Positions 12,601-25,336 of a stretch of DNA of 64,000 nt are shown one piece after another; the first letter of the stretch is position 1, and every line of letters begins with the position of its first letter. The notes below the pieces were generated by a model. It saw only the letters and a list, made by a program, of their open reading frames with translations, did not search any database and had not been told where the DNA came from. Position numbers and translations under genes: made by a program. Location of the stretch: positions 959,598 to 1,023,597 of the forward strand of contig NMRA01000015.1 of assembly GCA_002633005.1 (NCBI GenBank), given 5' to 3'. This DNA is from Phoronis australis. Taxonomy: Eukaryota > Animalia > Phoronida.

Positions 12601-15600
12601 ATGGAAATAAGAATGAGGAATGCATGAAAACTGGTGAAATGCAATCTGTGTGATAACTTCTCATGATTACATTCGCAAGACAAGTAGTTCACCAGGTAGC
12701 CATGGGGAGGCGCTTTAATGGTGAGCTCTTCCACAGTATTCACTTCGAAGTTCTTACAAGCATGGTTTCACATCAGGTGGTGTTTTGTTTATTGACATAC
12801 AGGTACACATTGAATTCACGGATGGCCAGGACAAGATTGTGATTGAAGGCCCACCCAGCGAGGTTGAGGTGGCCCAGAAGTCCCTGCAGGAAGTGACCCG
12901 CGACCTGGAGACTCGCATGGCCTTCGCTGAGCTCAAGATTGATTCTAAGTACCATCGCCATATTATCGGGAAGAGTGGTGCTAATGGTAAGAGCTGGGTG
13001 TTTGTGCTAAGTGATACAGGAGAAACCAAGCGACTTATGCTCTTTGAAAATGAGCCATTTCTTTAAAATTTACTAGAATTTTGTGCAAAATTCATAAATT
13101 GTTCATTTGTGATTTTGTTTTTTACTATCCGTTTCAGCTACTTTCTACCTGCCCTCTTTTGACGTAATGAATTTGTCCATTACAACGAAATGTAAAGTCC
13201 ATGCAAACTGAATCTTTTGTGTCAAATTAACTGTGAACACAGAATATCTTTCTAAAAGGGATTTGAGGTGGTGATGTAGTGACATCATTTCTAAAATCTT
13301 TAATAAATTTCCCTCGGAATGTAATAAATGACTCAGTGGTCAAGTGTTTAAGAGTGTTGAGTGTTGGACTATCATGTGAAAGGTTCTAGGTTCAAGTCTC
13401 ACTCTGCTACGGGAAAAAGTACAATTCAAGTTCCCACTACAAACACTGTAACACTTGAACCTATCCAAAGAAATGACCGACCTAAAGTCAAGCCAATATA
13501 AACAGTCTACAGGCTCTTGTAAACAGATCAATGTATTTCAAAAATGACGTTAACCGTTTGGGTGTTGGTCACTATCTGCAAGAGGAATCTATCACGCACC
13601 TTTGAATGTTCTGTTTACAGTTAACCGTATTAAGCAGGAGACCGGTGTGGCCATTCAAATCCCGGATGAAAATGACCACACGGGCATCATCAGGATAGAA
13701 GGTAGTCCTGCTGGGGTTGAGACAGCCAAGAGAGAGCTGATGGAGATGGTGGAAAAGATGGTAGGTGGAATGCAATGTTGCAAAACTGGCCCTATTTCAC
13801 TATGTAGCAGCGTTCTCACCGGGACTAAGTTGAGCTTGGGCAGACACAAAATGCTGTCAATTCCAACCCTGAAGGGGAGATTGCAAATGTTTTTTGTTTT
13901 TGACCAAAGTTTGTTGTGAATATTTAAGTCACAGTAAACTAATAATTTCATTAAAAATTGGGGGTTTTAGTTTGACAAAGTAGCGCCATGTAGATTAAAT
14001 GATGGGCCATGACGTCATTGCGAATATTAGAAAAGTGGCTATTGAGAATTTGTTGTGTATTGAGCATAACACGGACTTCCTTTCGTGTTGTTCAGGAGAA
14101 TGAGCGCAGCAAGGACATCAAGATTGAGCAGCGGTTCCACCGGACACTGATCGGCACCAAGGGGGAGAATATTCGCGAAGTTCGTGACAAATTCAACCAG
14201 GTGCAGATCACGTTTCCGGATGCTGGTAAGAAGAGCGACACTGTGACCCTGCGTGGACCCAAGGACGACGTAGAGCACTGTTACAAGTATCTCCACAAGA
14301 TGCACCAAGACTTGGTGAGTGTCCGGCTAGGTGGTTCAATAGTTAGCAAATAATACTCCCAGTCGCCATGGGAAACCTGCAGTATGATGAAATTTTTTTC
14401 GGGCATGTAAAATTCATGGAAATGAGGTAAAATCTAAAATGAAAGTTTTATAAGATGTGTGAAAAACCTAAATTTACGAGACGAAAATGATGAAAACATT
14501 TTCCAAGTATGGAAAACTCATGAACTGGAGAAAAAAAAGCAAGGCTTGGAATTTTTCTCTTTTAAGAGGATTTCCTCTTTTTTAGTTTCGATTTCCTCTT
14601 ATTTGATTTTTTTAGTGTCCTCTTTTTCTGTCTCTTTTTATCATTACTTTGAATTTATTCATGCAAAACCATTTATTTCAGCTAAATTTTACAACCCAAA
14701 AACATATGTTTGTGGAACGATACATTACTTGGAAATTTTTTGGGTTTTTTTGTCATTTGTCATTCCAAGCCTCAGAAACAAATTGTGAAAAATATAAGAA
14801 TATTCAGGGAAAACTAAGTTATGGAAAATGGAAACTAAATGTGAGTGAGATTTATGTGTGGTACCCTGTCCCCATTCTTTTATTGGTGTCAAGCATGTAT
14901 GGATCAGTATCCACCTTTTTATTATATCCCAAATAATCCTACTCGTTAACATAGACCGATTTCCAGTTGCCATTCTGCTCAATAATTTTTTCCTCTGCAG
15001 AATTACGGAAAGTTTTCTTTAACATTTTGTGGCGATTCTTTAGTATCTAATTGTTTTCAATGTCAGGTTACTAATAACTACCAAGCCGAGGTGCATATCT
15101 TCAAGCAGTTTCACAAGAACATCATTGGTAAGGGAGGTGCCAATATCAAAAAGGTAAATACTTCCATTATTACAGCAATTATATTTTGTCAGCAGCTCCT
15201 CCTGTTGACAACATTTGTTGACCACACAACAATGTTCACTATTAATATATCAATATATTCTTGTAATGCTTTGTCATTTTAGTTTTGCCTGATGATGATA
15301 ACAGACCAGTCTCCAGTTTTAGTTAATATCCATTTTAATCATTAGTTTTGTGATGTCTCTAAGCTGGCTGCTTTATTATTGCTCACCAAACGACCGTCAT
15401 AGTTATAGGTAGCTCGAGCAAATATCTTTGAAACTTATTAATCATGAAAATTGTTGTATGTTCATCAATTTTTAAGAAAATATAAGAATTATTATCTCGG
15501 TGTTTGTTTATCACTTAATTACAATTGGTTTTGTTAAAAATCCTGCAGGTGTGAAATAGGCCTTGCAGGTGTGAAATGGGCCTATCATATTAAGGTTGTC

Positions 15601-18600
15601 AGTCAATACAGCACCTGGTGACTGTAGCCATCTTGTTTTGTGTTTCTCTTGCTGTGTTTACCGCAGTAGGAACATTACATTGTGTCCTTACTTTTAGAAT
15701 TCAAGATCTGCATTATCATAGTAGCCAAGCTTGACATTCTTTGAAGGTCCTTCATTCTGTTTGACCTCTGAACTCTACATACCTTTACAGCAAAACAAAT
15801 TTCTTTACATTACTCTGTGCGTGTGGAGGCAGTCGTTGCTTTTTTATATTTAGAGTTGGGTACTTTGTGTTAAATCAGATGATCGGTGTTTGAAACTCAC
15901 CATGCTTGTCCTCTGTTGATTTGAAGCTAGTGTGATCATTGTGTCTGTCTGACTCTGCACATCATATATTTTGTTCTGTTGGCAGATTCGCGATGAGACC
16001 AACACCAAGATTGACTTGCCCAATGAGAACAGTGAGTCGGACATGATTGTGATCACTGGCAAGAAGGCAGACGTGGACAAGGCCAAGAAGATGATTGAAC
16101 AGATACAGAAGGAACTGGTGAGTGAGCCACAGGGTGGTGCTGTCGAGGCTTGCGTGTATGTGAGTGATTGAACAACCTCACATTTAAGCTGGATTAATGG
16201 TGTCAGGGCTTGTATGTATTGATTACATGTAAGTGAACAGAACAGCTGTTCATTTTAATGTTTTGAAGCCCTGTTATAAAGCATTTCAAGAACTTTTTGT
16301 CAGTCCATGTATACATACATACATACAAGTGCTTGTTAGTGCCATCTGTTGTCAGTCCATGTGACATGTTCTTGATAGTGTCAACTGTTGCTGTTTCTGC
16401 GTATGGCTTGGTCAGTTTCACCAAGTCAGGTTAAAGCTTAGTCAGAAAACCTGTCTACAACTTGTAATGGGAAGATTGAAATCCAAAGCCTGCTCGGAAC
16501 AGATTAAAAGACAAAAGGCGAAATGAAAATTGTCAATAGACTCTTAGAGGAAGAGGCCCCAGTGTAACTGCCTGGCATCCGCCTCTCTGTCTGTAATGTC
16601 CCTGAAATGTACTTTATCAAATTAAGTAGTGTAGGGGAAATATACGTATGGAGAACATGACACCTGTCAGTCCCAACTACTGACACCCCTTCACCCTTCA
16701 TGGCTTTTACTTAAAACTGCTGGTTCTTGAATATTTGAAAGAGGCTCTGTAACAGATGATGACTTTTTAATCGGCGTGTGTGCAGTTATCAAGTACTGGA
16801 ACCACTTAAATGCAACAATTTGTAAAACATTTTATATTATATGTCTGGTATCTCTAGGCCAACATCAAAGAGATCACACTGGATATCCCTCACAAGCTGC
16901 ACAACTCCATCATTGGAGCTAAGGGACGACTGATCCAGGCCATCATGAATGAGTGTGGTGGTGTTCTCATCCGTTTCCCTCCTGAGGGCACGGCCTCTGA
17001 CAAGGTGACCATCCGTGGGCCAAAAGCAGATGTGGAGAATGCACGACAGCAGCTGCTGGAGCTGACCAGTGAAAAGGTGAGTGTGGCCTAGAAGGTGGGT
17101 GTGGCCTAGAAGGTGGGTGTGGCCTAGAAGGTAGGTGTGGCCTACAAGAGTTAAAGGGACATTGTCTATTTTATTTGGGATTGTTGGATGGTATAGACTT
17201 CTTGAAGTTATTAGCTTTGATAAGAGTTATAAAACTACAAAATCTGTTCTTTTTTAGGATTTTATTCCTAATTGTCCTTTGTCACTGTTGTCTGCCTAAC
17301 ATTCAATGAAGTCAAGGCTGGTGATTTTGTCAATTAAATGTGTTTAAAATACTTTGACATTTTTAGGTGGCAGATGGTTAGACTGCAACTTCAGGGGTTT
17401 TTAGGGATGATTCCATCCAGGGGCAGATTTCAGAAAATCACTTGTCTCTTTAAACATTATCCTGTGTGCAATGTACCTTTCCCAATTGATACTTAACCCA
17501 AGTGTTCAAGGACACTATGAGAATATGGTTTGCTGTGGTTCTAGCTAGTGGAAATGCTTTTCCGTCATTCCAGCGTGAGTCCAGCTTTACAGCTGAGGTG
17601 CGTGCCAAGCCAGAGTACCACAAATTCTTGATCGGTCGTGGTGGCGCCAACATCAAGAAGGTGCGCGACACCACCGGCGCCCGCATTATCTTCCCCAGCG
17701 CTAAGGATGCCGACCAGGAACTGATCACCATCATGGGCCGTAAGGACGAGGTAGAGAAAGCCAAGATAGACCTTGAGGGAAAGATTAAGGATTTGGTGAG
17801 TATCTGACTGGAGGGGCTAATTCAGGGAGTCACTTTATCGAGGGAGTGTTGTGGATTTCTTGGTAAGATTTTTTTCTGTGTTCTCTTTGTAATATCAAGA
17901 AAACACATTTCACAGGTAATGATACTTGATAGAAAATCAGCTTTATGCTGGAAATGTGTTATTGTTGTTGAATTTGGCGGTCCATAGCGCAATATTTGGC
18001 AAAATTTCTAGTTTATAAAGACACGCTTGCCAATTTTTAGATTGTGTGATTGTATCTTTTCTCAGCTTATAACTACCTCCACTTTCAGGAGAACATTGTG
18101 GAGGGCGAGGTGAACGTGGACCCCAAGTTCCACCGCCACTTTGTGCAGCGACGCGGCGAGGTGCTTTATCAAATCGCTGCTGACTTTGGTGGCGTCTCTG
18201 TCAGTTTCCCACGCAGTGGCGTCAAAAGCGAGCGAGTGGTGCTGAAGGGCTCACGTGATTGTGTGGAGGGCGCCAAGGCACGCATATTGGAGATTGTCTC
18301 TGACCTTGTGAGTATGAGATAGGTTTGGCCATACATGTTTGAGAAACTAAATGTAACTGATTTATGTAAAAAAAATTCAATATGGTGGAAACAGTAATTT
18401 TATTTCTCAGCAATGGTACACATGTTGTTTGGTTTTCAGTGACACTGTTTGTAAAGTACTTTTTATTTGTTCAAATCCATCTTGACCTGAGTCTATGATT
18501 TGTTCATCTTGACCTGAGTCTGTGATTTGTTCATCTTGATCTGAGTCTGTGATTTTTTCATCTTGACCTGAGTCTATGATTTGTTCATCTTGACCTGAGT

Positions 18601-21600
18601 CTATGATGTGTTCATCTCTGAGGAAACATGAAGTACTTGAATCTATGCATGTCCCTTTAATTTAGCGATGTATTCCTTATTCCAGGAACAACAGGTGACT
18701 ATAGAATGTGTCATCGCCCAAAAGTTCCACCGCACGGTCATGGGAGCCAAGGGTTGCAAAGTGCAGGACATCACCAAGACTCATGACGTCGGCATCAAGT
18801 TCCCTGACAGGCCAGCCGCAGTGGAAGGTTAGACTCTTTTGTTGGATGAATCCGTGTTCTTATGTTTGTCAATCCTTTGGTACAATGACAAACATTCTAA
18901 AAATTGTTTATTAGAAAATTGTGTTCCATAGTAATCAAAAGACAAATGCATATAATGTGCTGTGAGTTGTATTCAGAACAGGACGATTCACTGACAGATA
19001 CCAATGTAAGGTTGTGGAATTTTTGATGTTCTTCAATGGTATTCCTGAAAATAATAGTTGATGTTGTAGCAATAGGGTTTTCTGCTTTTGTAAATGTCTC
19101 TGCTTTGTTCCACAGCCAATGGTAACGGTGAAGCTACTGAGGTGGTTCCTGCCGAAAATGGCACGGATGGCGAGGTGGCGACTGAGTCGGAGGGCAGCAA
19201 CACGCCACGCCAGCAAGATATCATTCGGATCACGGGCAAGCGTGAAAACTGCGAAGCAGCGCGTGACGCCCTTCTTTCCCTGGTGCCCATCACAGAGGAG
19301 GTAGAAGTGCCATTCGACTACCATAGGTTCATCATTGGCCAAAAGGGTCGTGACATCCGTGTGATGATGACTGAACACGACGTGAGCATCTCAGTGCCGC
19401 CGTCGACTACGCACAGTGACGTGGTGAAGGTGACTGGTGCGCCGGCTCACGTGGCCAGTGCCAAGGCGGCGCTCCTTGACAAGGTGGCCCAGCTGGATAT
19501 GGAGAAGGAGGACAGGGTAAGCAGTTGGTTTGTTTTTGTTTTGTGTTGTTCACGTTTACTATTGTACCTGATGATGATATTTGATTGATATCGAAACATT
19601 GTTTTCGTGCTGCACTCTAGTGTCGTTTTTGTTTTCCACTCCTTACTTCTAATTTAGCCTCAAACTAATATTTCCTTCAATATGCTGTAGTCCTAGTGCC
19701 ATATGTGTTCAGTCACAATACACAATGTTAGCTGTAATACAGCGAAAACAGCGATACTTTTGATCACTTGATTTATGTTCAAGTATATACAGTACATACA
19801 TCCGGTCATTTTACTTTAACTTTTACTCGTCACTAGTGTTTGTATTTATGCTACAACTAATAGATTATGAAGCGAACTACATGTTCTTGAACATGAATCT
19901 GATCATCTCCAGTATTGTTTCGTTTGTATTAATGTTGTGGCCAAAAACTGACATCATAGCACTGATTATTTGCTTGTTATACCTCTCATCACCAAATAAG
20001 CAGTGAATGTTAGTAATGTATGGTACTTAAACAGTTCCCCAACATCTGTACACAGGCCTGTAACCACATAACTCAAACAAGTTCAGATTTTTAGTTGTCC
20101 TCATGTACAGTTTTGATTGAGGAGTGGTTATCGCCAAGACACATCCTCTGCACACTCTGTCCCAAGTGGGGTCAGTGATGCCAGTCTCTCATGAGTGGCA
20201 GCTTGTAAGATCATGTGTTTGGATTGTACTGTGTAGCGATACCTGCAAAGACTTGTGTGATCGGGCCAAACCCATAGAATCTTGCATTTTGTCTCGCCCA
20301 AGAGTTCAGATCAAACTAATTCTAAGCCCCAAGGCCACAAGGCTGTTGTGAAGCATACACTTCACCCAGTGTTCTATGTCCTTCAGGAGCTGCGTAGTTT
20401 CTCCTTAGAGGTGGTGGTTGACCCCAAATACCACACCAAGATTATCGGCCAGCGTGGCGCTGTTATCACACGTATCCGTCAGGATCACGGTGTGCAGATC
20501 CAGGTCCCTGGCAAAGACGACCCACGTCCCGATGTCATCATCGTCACCGGCTACGAGCATGACGCCAACGCTGCCAAGTTGGAAATTGATAAGATCGTCG
20601 AGAATCTGGTGAGCAATGATAAGATTTTGATGTCCTTGTGGAAACACAAGTTGTTACAAGTATAGAGAAGAGTAAACTTACTGTAAATCGTACACAGTAA
20701 AAGATGACCCTTGTGCTTTATTTCTTACGTAATATCAATATACAATTGATGGTGCACCCATTGCCGTATTTAGATGTGCATCTTCTCAAAAACTATTGTT
20801 TTTATTACGATTATTGTCTGTAGGAGAAGATGACCACTGTAGAATGCCGTATTGATGCCCGCACGCACAAGCGCATCATTGGTGGGCGCGGCAAGAACAT
20901 CCGCAAAATCGCGGAGGACTACCGCGTGGACATCAAGTTCCCCGATCGTTCGTCTGGCGATCCCAACCTCGTACTCATCACTGGGCTGGAGGATGATGCG
21001 TTGGATTGCCAGGATCACCTTCTCAACCTGGAGGAGGAATATGTGAGTGATACGATTGTTAGAAAGCAGTCTTGTTGTTAGGTGTCGCATGGTGATTTCA
21101 TATAAACTTTGTTCTATCACTTGCTACTGCATCATTGGCATCAATCTTGAAAGATAAACAACTGAAGTCATACTCCCTGTGTTACAGATTGAATACTATG
21201 GGTTTTTTGATTGGTCTTCCCCCTCAGTTGCCCATACAGCAGACCTCGGAAGGAGTTTTCAAATTTCCCGCCCAAACTCCTGTACTTTGTCAAAGGTTAT
21301 GGAGCATTATTTTCAGCGAATTGGACAGGAATGTCATTTTTGTGTGCCCACATATTTATGTGGGTGCATATTGTTGTCGTCTCTCTCTGGGCGTCTGCAG
21401 CTGTTTGTCCTAAACCCCTTGCAGGATCCTAATGAAATATGACAGATGTGTTTCTATGAAGCTGACAGACGACCGTGAAAGTTTCAGACCGATTCGACTA
21501 TCGCTTTGCCCCTAGTGGCAGTTTTAGTTTTTACATTTCCTTCTGTATCTTTGGAGTTCCTTGATGGACTTGCGTGAAATGTAGCAGATAGGTTTTTGTT

Positions 21601-23108
21601 TATGAGGCGATGACGCTTTTCCATTTTCGGACAGTTTGACATGTTTTGCGCCACCTGGTGGCAATTATAAAAAAGTTGAGTATGTTCTTGATGTCCGCTT
21701 TCTTATCCGCCAAACTGCTCAAAGAATCATTATGAAAATTGGCGAGTGTGTTCCTGATTAGAAGACCATGGCTGACATTGAGTTTGAATGTATCTGATTC
21801 CTGTGGCGTCCCCTTGTGATGATTTTGTATTTTTTGCCACCGTGGCTGTTGATTCCTTTGCATGATGTTGTTGATCTTTTACAGGTGTTTTACGTAGATG
21901 GGGCATTGAATGGCTGCCTGTGACTTTGGATGGCACTGACTACCACTATGCCGCCCATTAGCAATTTTATTTTTTACCTTTGCCTCTTCATCTGCTCTGA
22001 GTTGGTTGATGTTTTTTTCGTGAAATTTGGGAACAAGTTTCTCTTATGTCCTTGTCAGTTATTTTTGAGTTATGAAAATTGGCAGTTGTGTGCTTCCTGA
22101 CATTAGCCCGACTGGCGTGGATTTTCAGATTGGTTCAACGTAACTTTAGTGCCCCCTACTGACATTTTTTTCACATCTGTGTCGTTATCTACTTAACGGC
22201 TTGCAAGATCACAATTTGTCATATCAATTCCTACAAACTTGACAGAAGATTGACAGATTCGACTACTGCAGTGTCTTCTGATGGCAATTTTTTTTTTCGT
22301 CTGCCTCTGTACATTTGGAGTTCCTCGGTGGATTTTCCTGAAACAGTTTTGTAATGGAGAGATGATGACACTTCCCCAACTTCGGACTGGTTTGACATAT
22401 TCAGTGCCCCGTGTTGCTCTTGTTAATTTCTGTGAATAGGCCAAAACCTGGTTTGGTATATTTTAAGGAAATCAAAGACTGGCGAGTTGTGGGTGTCGCC
22501 AACCATAGTTTTTAAAATTAAAATTAAAATGTTAGAGGAACCCCTATAATCAGCATTCCGGTGACATTTGTTCTTTCTGTTTTTGTTGTGTCCTTATGCA
22601 GAGTGGGCACTTTTTGCCCCCCCCCCTTTAACCTATCTCTGAGTCTGCTAGCTCATAAGTATTCTTAAACAAGTCATCATCATCTCGATTGGCATCTGCT
22701 CTTTACTTTCCAAAATTCATATCAAGAAACACTGGTTTTGTCACTTAAACAGGTTTTTGTTCTGTGTTAGGAAATCTTCAACGACAACAAGAGCAAAGAG
22801 TAAAGCCAATGTATTAAGTGTTTTTTCATAAAGAATATGGATAATCTGTTATCATTACTACACTTTGGTGTTAATTATTAATCACGTCTTGTACTTTACA
22901 GATGCAGGACATTATTGAAAAAGAAGAAATGGACCAGTTCCTGGTGCCACCTAGCAGGCAGAGTGGTGAAACAACCAAGAAACCAAATCCTGGCTTCACG
23001 GTTACAGGTGCACCGTGGGATGCAACAAAGGATGACGACTTTCCGGCTATCGGAAATTCTGTGGTACCGAATCGTGGTGCGTCGTCTTGGGGTCCTGTTA
23101 GACGTTGA
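6649..23108 (+). CDS. HDLBP: Vigilin (high-density lipoprotein-binding protein), multi-KH RNA-binding protein, about 1254 aa, 20 coding exons
   Basis: Coding exons read by hand, all GT-AG and phase-consistent: 6649-6837, 7491-7596, 8580-8695, 9624-9830, 10417-10635, 11701-11907, 12281-12388, 12803-12986, 13621-13760, 14096-14314, 15067-15153, 15986-16117, 16858-17076, 17574-17795, 18089-18307, 18686-18827, 19116-19516, 20387-20608, 20824-21042, 22902-23108 (sum 3765 nt). N-terminal PTYEEAFPAL, the full ordered series of vigilin KH domains (IPKEHHRFILGKSG, IFKQFHKNIIGKGGANIKK, AKPEYHKFLIGRGG, VDPKYHTKIIGQRG) and C-terminal APW...FPAIG...WGP match vigilin. 5'UTR exons upstream of the acceptor at 6612 are not resolved. 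Confidence 0.96.
13328..13410 (+). mobile_element. tRNA-derived SINE-like head
   Basis: TGACTCAGTGG (A-box-like) ... GGTTCAAGTC (B-box-like); no intact cloverleaf. Confidence 0.4.
14540..14773 (+). mobile_element. Short element sharing family A termini, different interior
   Basis: Starts CAAGGCTTGGAATTTTT and ends TTTTTGTCATTTGTCATTCCAAGCCTC, matching the family A ends; lies in vigilin intron 10. Confidence 0.6.
17073..17144 (+). repeat. 18-bp tandem repeat x4 overlapping a vigilin splice donor
   Basis: (A/G)AAGGT(G/A)(A/G)GTGTGGCCTA units start at 17073, 17091, 17109 and 17127. Confidence 0.9.
18478..18615. repeat. 27-bp minisatellite x5 (intronic)
   Basis: Units CATCTTGACCTGAGTCT(A/G)TGATTTGTT. 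Confidence 0.92.
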
Positions 23109-23636
23109 TTGTCGATCGCTCTGTGTTTTGTTTCCTAGTAGTTGCAAATCTGATCTTATAAATATGATTTTTTGTTCATCGTTTTTTGATAGTTGAACAC
23201 GGTGCTGGTTTGTAGAGCATGATTATGTGTAGGTGATGATAACTGATTTAAGCTGAAATGTTTAAAAAGAGAGTTGTGTGTACCAGGAGCTAGACCATAG
23301 CTTTATTCAACTGTTGGGCGTCTTAATGTGCGTCATTTGAAAATGTTTTTGTTCTTTGAATATTTGTAGATTATTGATTGTGTGCAATGACTCTTTGGTG
23401 CCTCAGCGCTGGCATTCAAAAACACTCAGCATTGTTGCGTGAGCATCTAGACGAAGCTCTGTTAATGCCATCTAGTCTAGATTTATAGTGGTTGATACAC
23501 ACTAAGATTTTCGATAAATTTTTTTAAGCAAGCATGTAGGAAATTCTCTGAAAAGTTCATTGTCATAGGAACCATAGATTCCGCAAGAGTAAGGTTCATT
23601 CCAATTTCCCCCATAGGGAATGCACGAGTTTGTTGT

Positions 23637-23675
23637 GTATTATATATATATTTATATATATATATATATATAAAT
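23637..23675. repeat. (TA)n microsatellite in the vigilin 3'UTR region
   Basis: TATATATATATTTATATATATATATATATATA. Confidence 0.85.
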
Positions 23676-24416
23676 ACGTTATGAATTGTTCAAGTTGTTT
23701 AGTATAAGTCTGCACTCTCTTATACTCTCACATAACATATGCGAGTGCGTGTTGCTATCACCTGTGTCTGTCTTGTGTCAAGGTCCAATGGCCATTTCTT
23801 TGTCTGCTGGAGACTTTGAAAGGTTGTCGTGATATTAACCAAACACGATCCTATCCAAGAGTGGACTGCACCAGTCTCTCAACAGGTCCAAATCACTGAT
23901 GGAACTACTGCTGATATGCTGTTGTTCTAGTTCAGTTATCGTATTAGCACGCAGATATGACCAGTGAAATTTCAGATCCGTTCTGAATTCTATGGCTTGT
24001 CTGGTGAATGAATGCATTTGCGATAATTAGCGCCCCCTGTAGCTTTGCTGTTAGTAATGTACTAGCGTGGGTGCATATCACGCTTAGTTCAATTCATTTC
24101 AACACATGTTCACTGAATTATGTGTGAGAATGTATTAGTGCTGCAGGGTGCATTGTTAAGTCTGGCGATATTAATTATTAAGCTAGTGGATGCATTGTTA
24201 AAACTGACTATAGTAACACAGACCAAGTGTTGATACTTTCAGATTTTGTGGTTGAGAATTTTATTAAAAATGAGAAAAATGTTCATAAAAATAGTAAAAT
24301 GTAGAAAAATGTTAAAAACATGTATGAGTCGGACATCATGCCTGTTGTGAGGTAATTCTAATTAGGGTAGCATGCGTATGATGCGATGAAACTGTCATTA
24401 AATGCAAAGTTAAGAT

Positions 24417-24422
24417 AATAAA
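24417..24422 (+). terminator. Candidate vigilin polyadenylation signal
   Basis: AATAAA about 1.3 kb after the stop codon, followed by the GT/T-rich tract CTTCTTTTGTGTTGGTTTTC. Confidence 0.45.
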
Positions 24423-25336
24423 ACTCTAAGGTTGATCAAACACTTCTTTTGTGTTGGTTTTCATTCACCAATTTTGTTGCTTAACTGGAGTTTTTTTTTC
24501 TTAGCCAAATTCTTGCTCACATGCATAACATTTGTTACTGGGCATTATTGTTTGCCAAGTTTGTTTCTTTAAAATGTTTACTTGATTATTTATTTATTGG
24601 TAACAAGCTCCCCTGTTAGATTTATGGGAAATTGGCTGTGAATTGTCATTTTTTTGTTAAAACTGATTTCAAAATCAAGTTTGGAAACGTTGAGCGGGAA
24701 TGTGCCTCTGGACTTGCTTTAGCCTTGAAAGGTAATCACTTAATTTAATCGGATGATCATGCATGGGAGATGGGCTTGTTTGGGGGTCAGATATTGGGAT
24801 GGTTTGAAATTAAGTTTAATCTGCAACTGAGGTCTCTGTGTAGCAAGTGTCAGAGGGCAAAAAAACTGCAACATCTGCCAAAAAACATTTGGTTTAGGCC
24901 ACTTGCTGTTATATTCTCCCTATCATAATATTCCATCCTCTGATTAGAAATCATTTTCAAGCTTTAGAACCGTTCAGCCCTAAAGTTAGAAGTTAGTGCT
25001 TCTAAGCAGCTCCATCCAGTCCCTATAGGGCATTGTAGCACCTTGCAACATTTCAGGCGTTTTATGGTAACCAATTTCAATTCTGACAAAGGATTAGAAC
25101 GGGTGATATTCTTTCGGAGGACAAATTCGCCTGCTTTGAAACCAGAACAAAATGAAACTATGCGTTCATGAATCTCATATTGTAATCGGGATGCATTGCG
25201 TGATAAAAACGTGTATTGTTATGGTATTATAGATCAGATATTTGCCAGAGGAAGTTTTTGGCAGCATGGCAGTAGAGTAATTAATGTATTAGGTTATCAA
25301 ACTTATATTGAAGGAAATTACGTCAAACAACAATGA

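Noticed and set aside
10417-18307. Vigilin KH domains lacking GxxG (ICGPNN; FVQRRG)
   Set aside because: The same two KH domains are degenerate in human vigilin (AGPYN, VIRRG), so this is not novel.
21440-22440. Internally duplicated segments in the last vigilin intron that might be alternative exons
   Set aside because: No KH-like or vigilin-like coding frame; looks like decayed repeat DNA with unclear boundaries.
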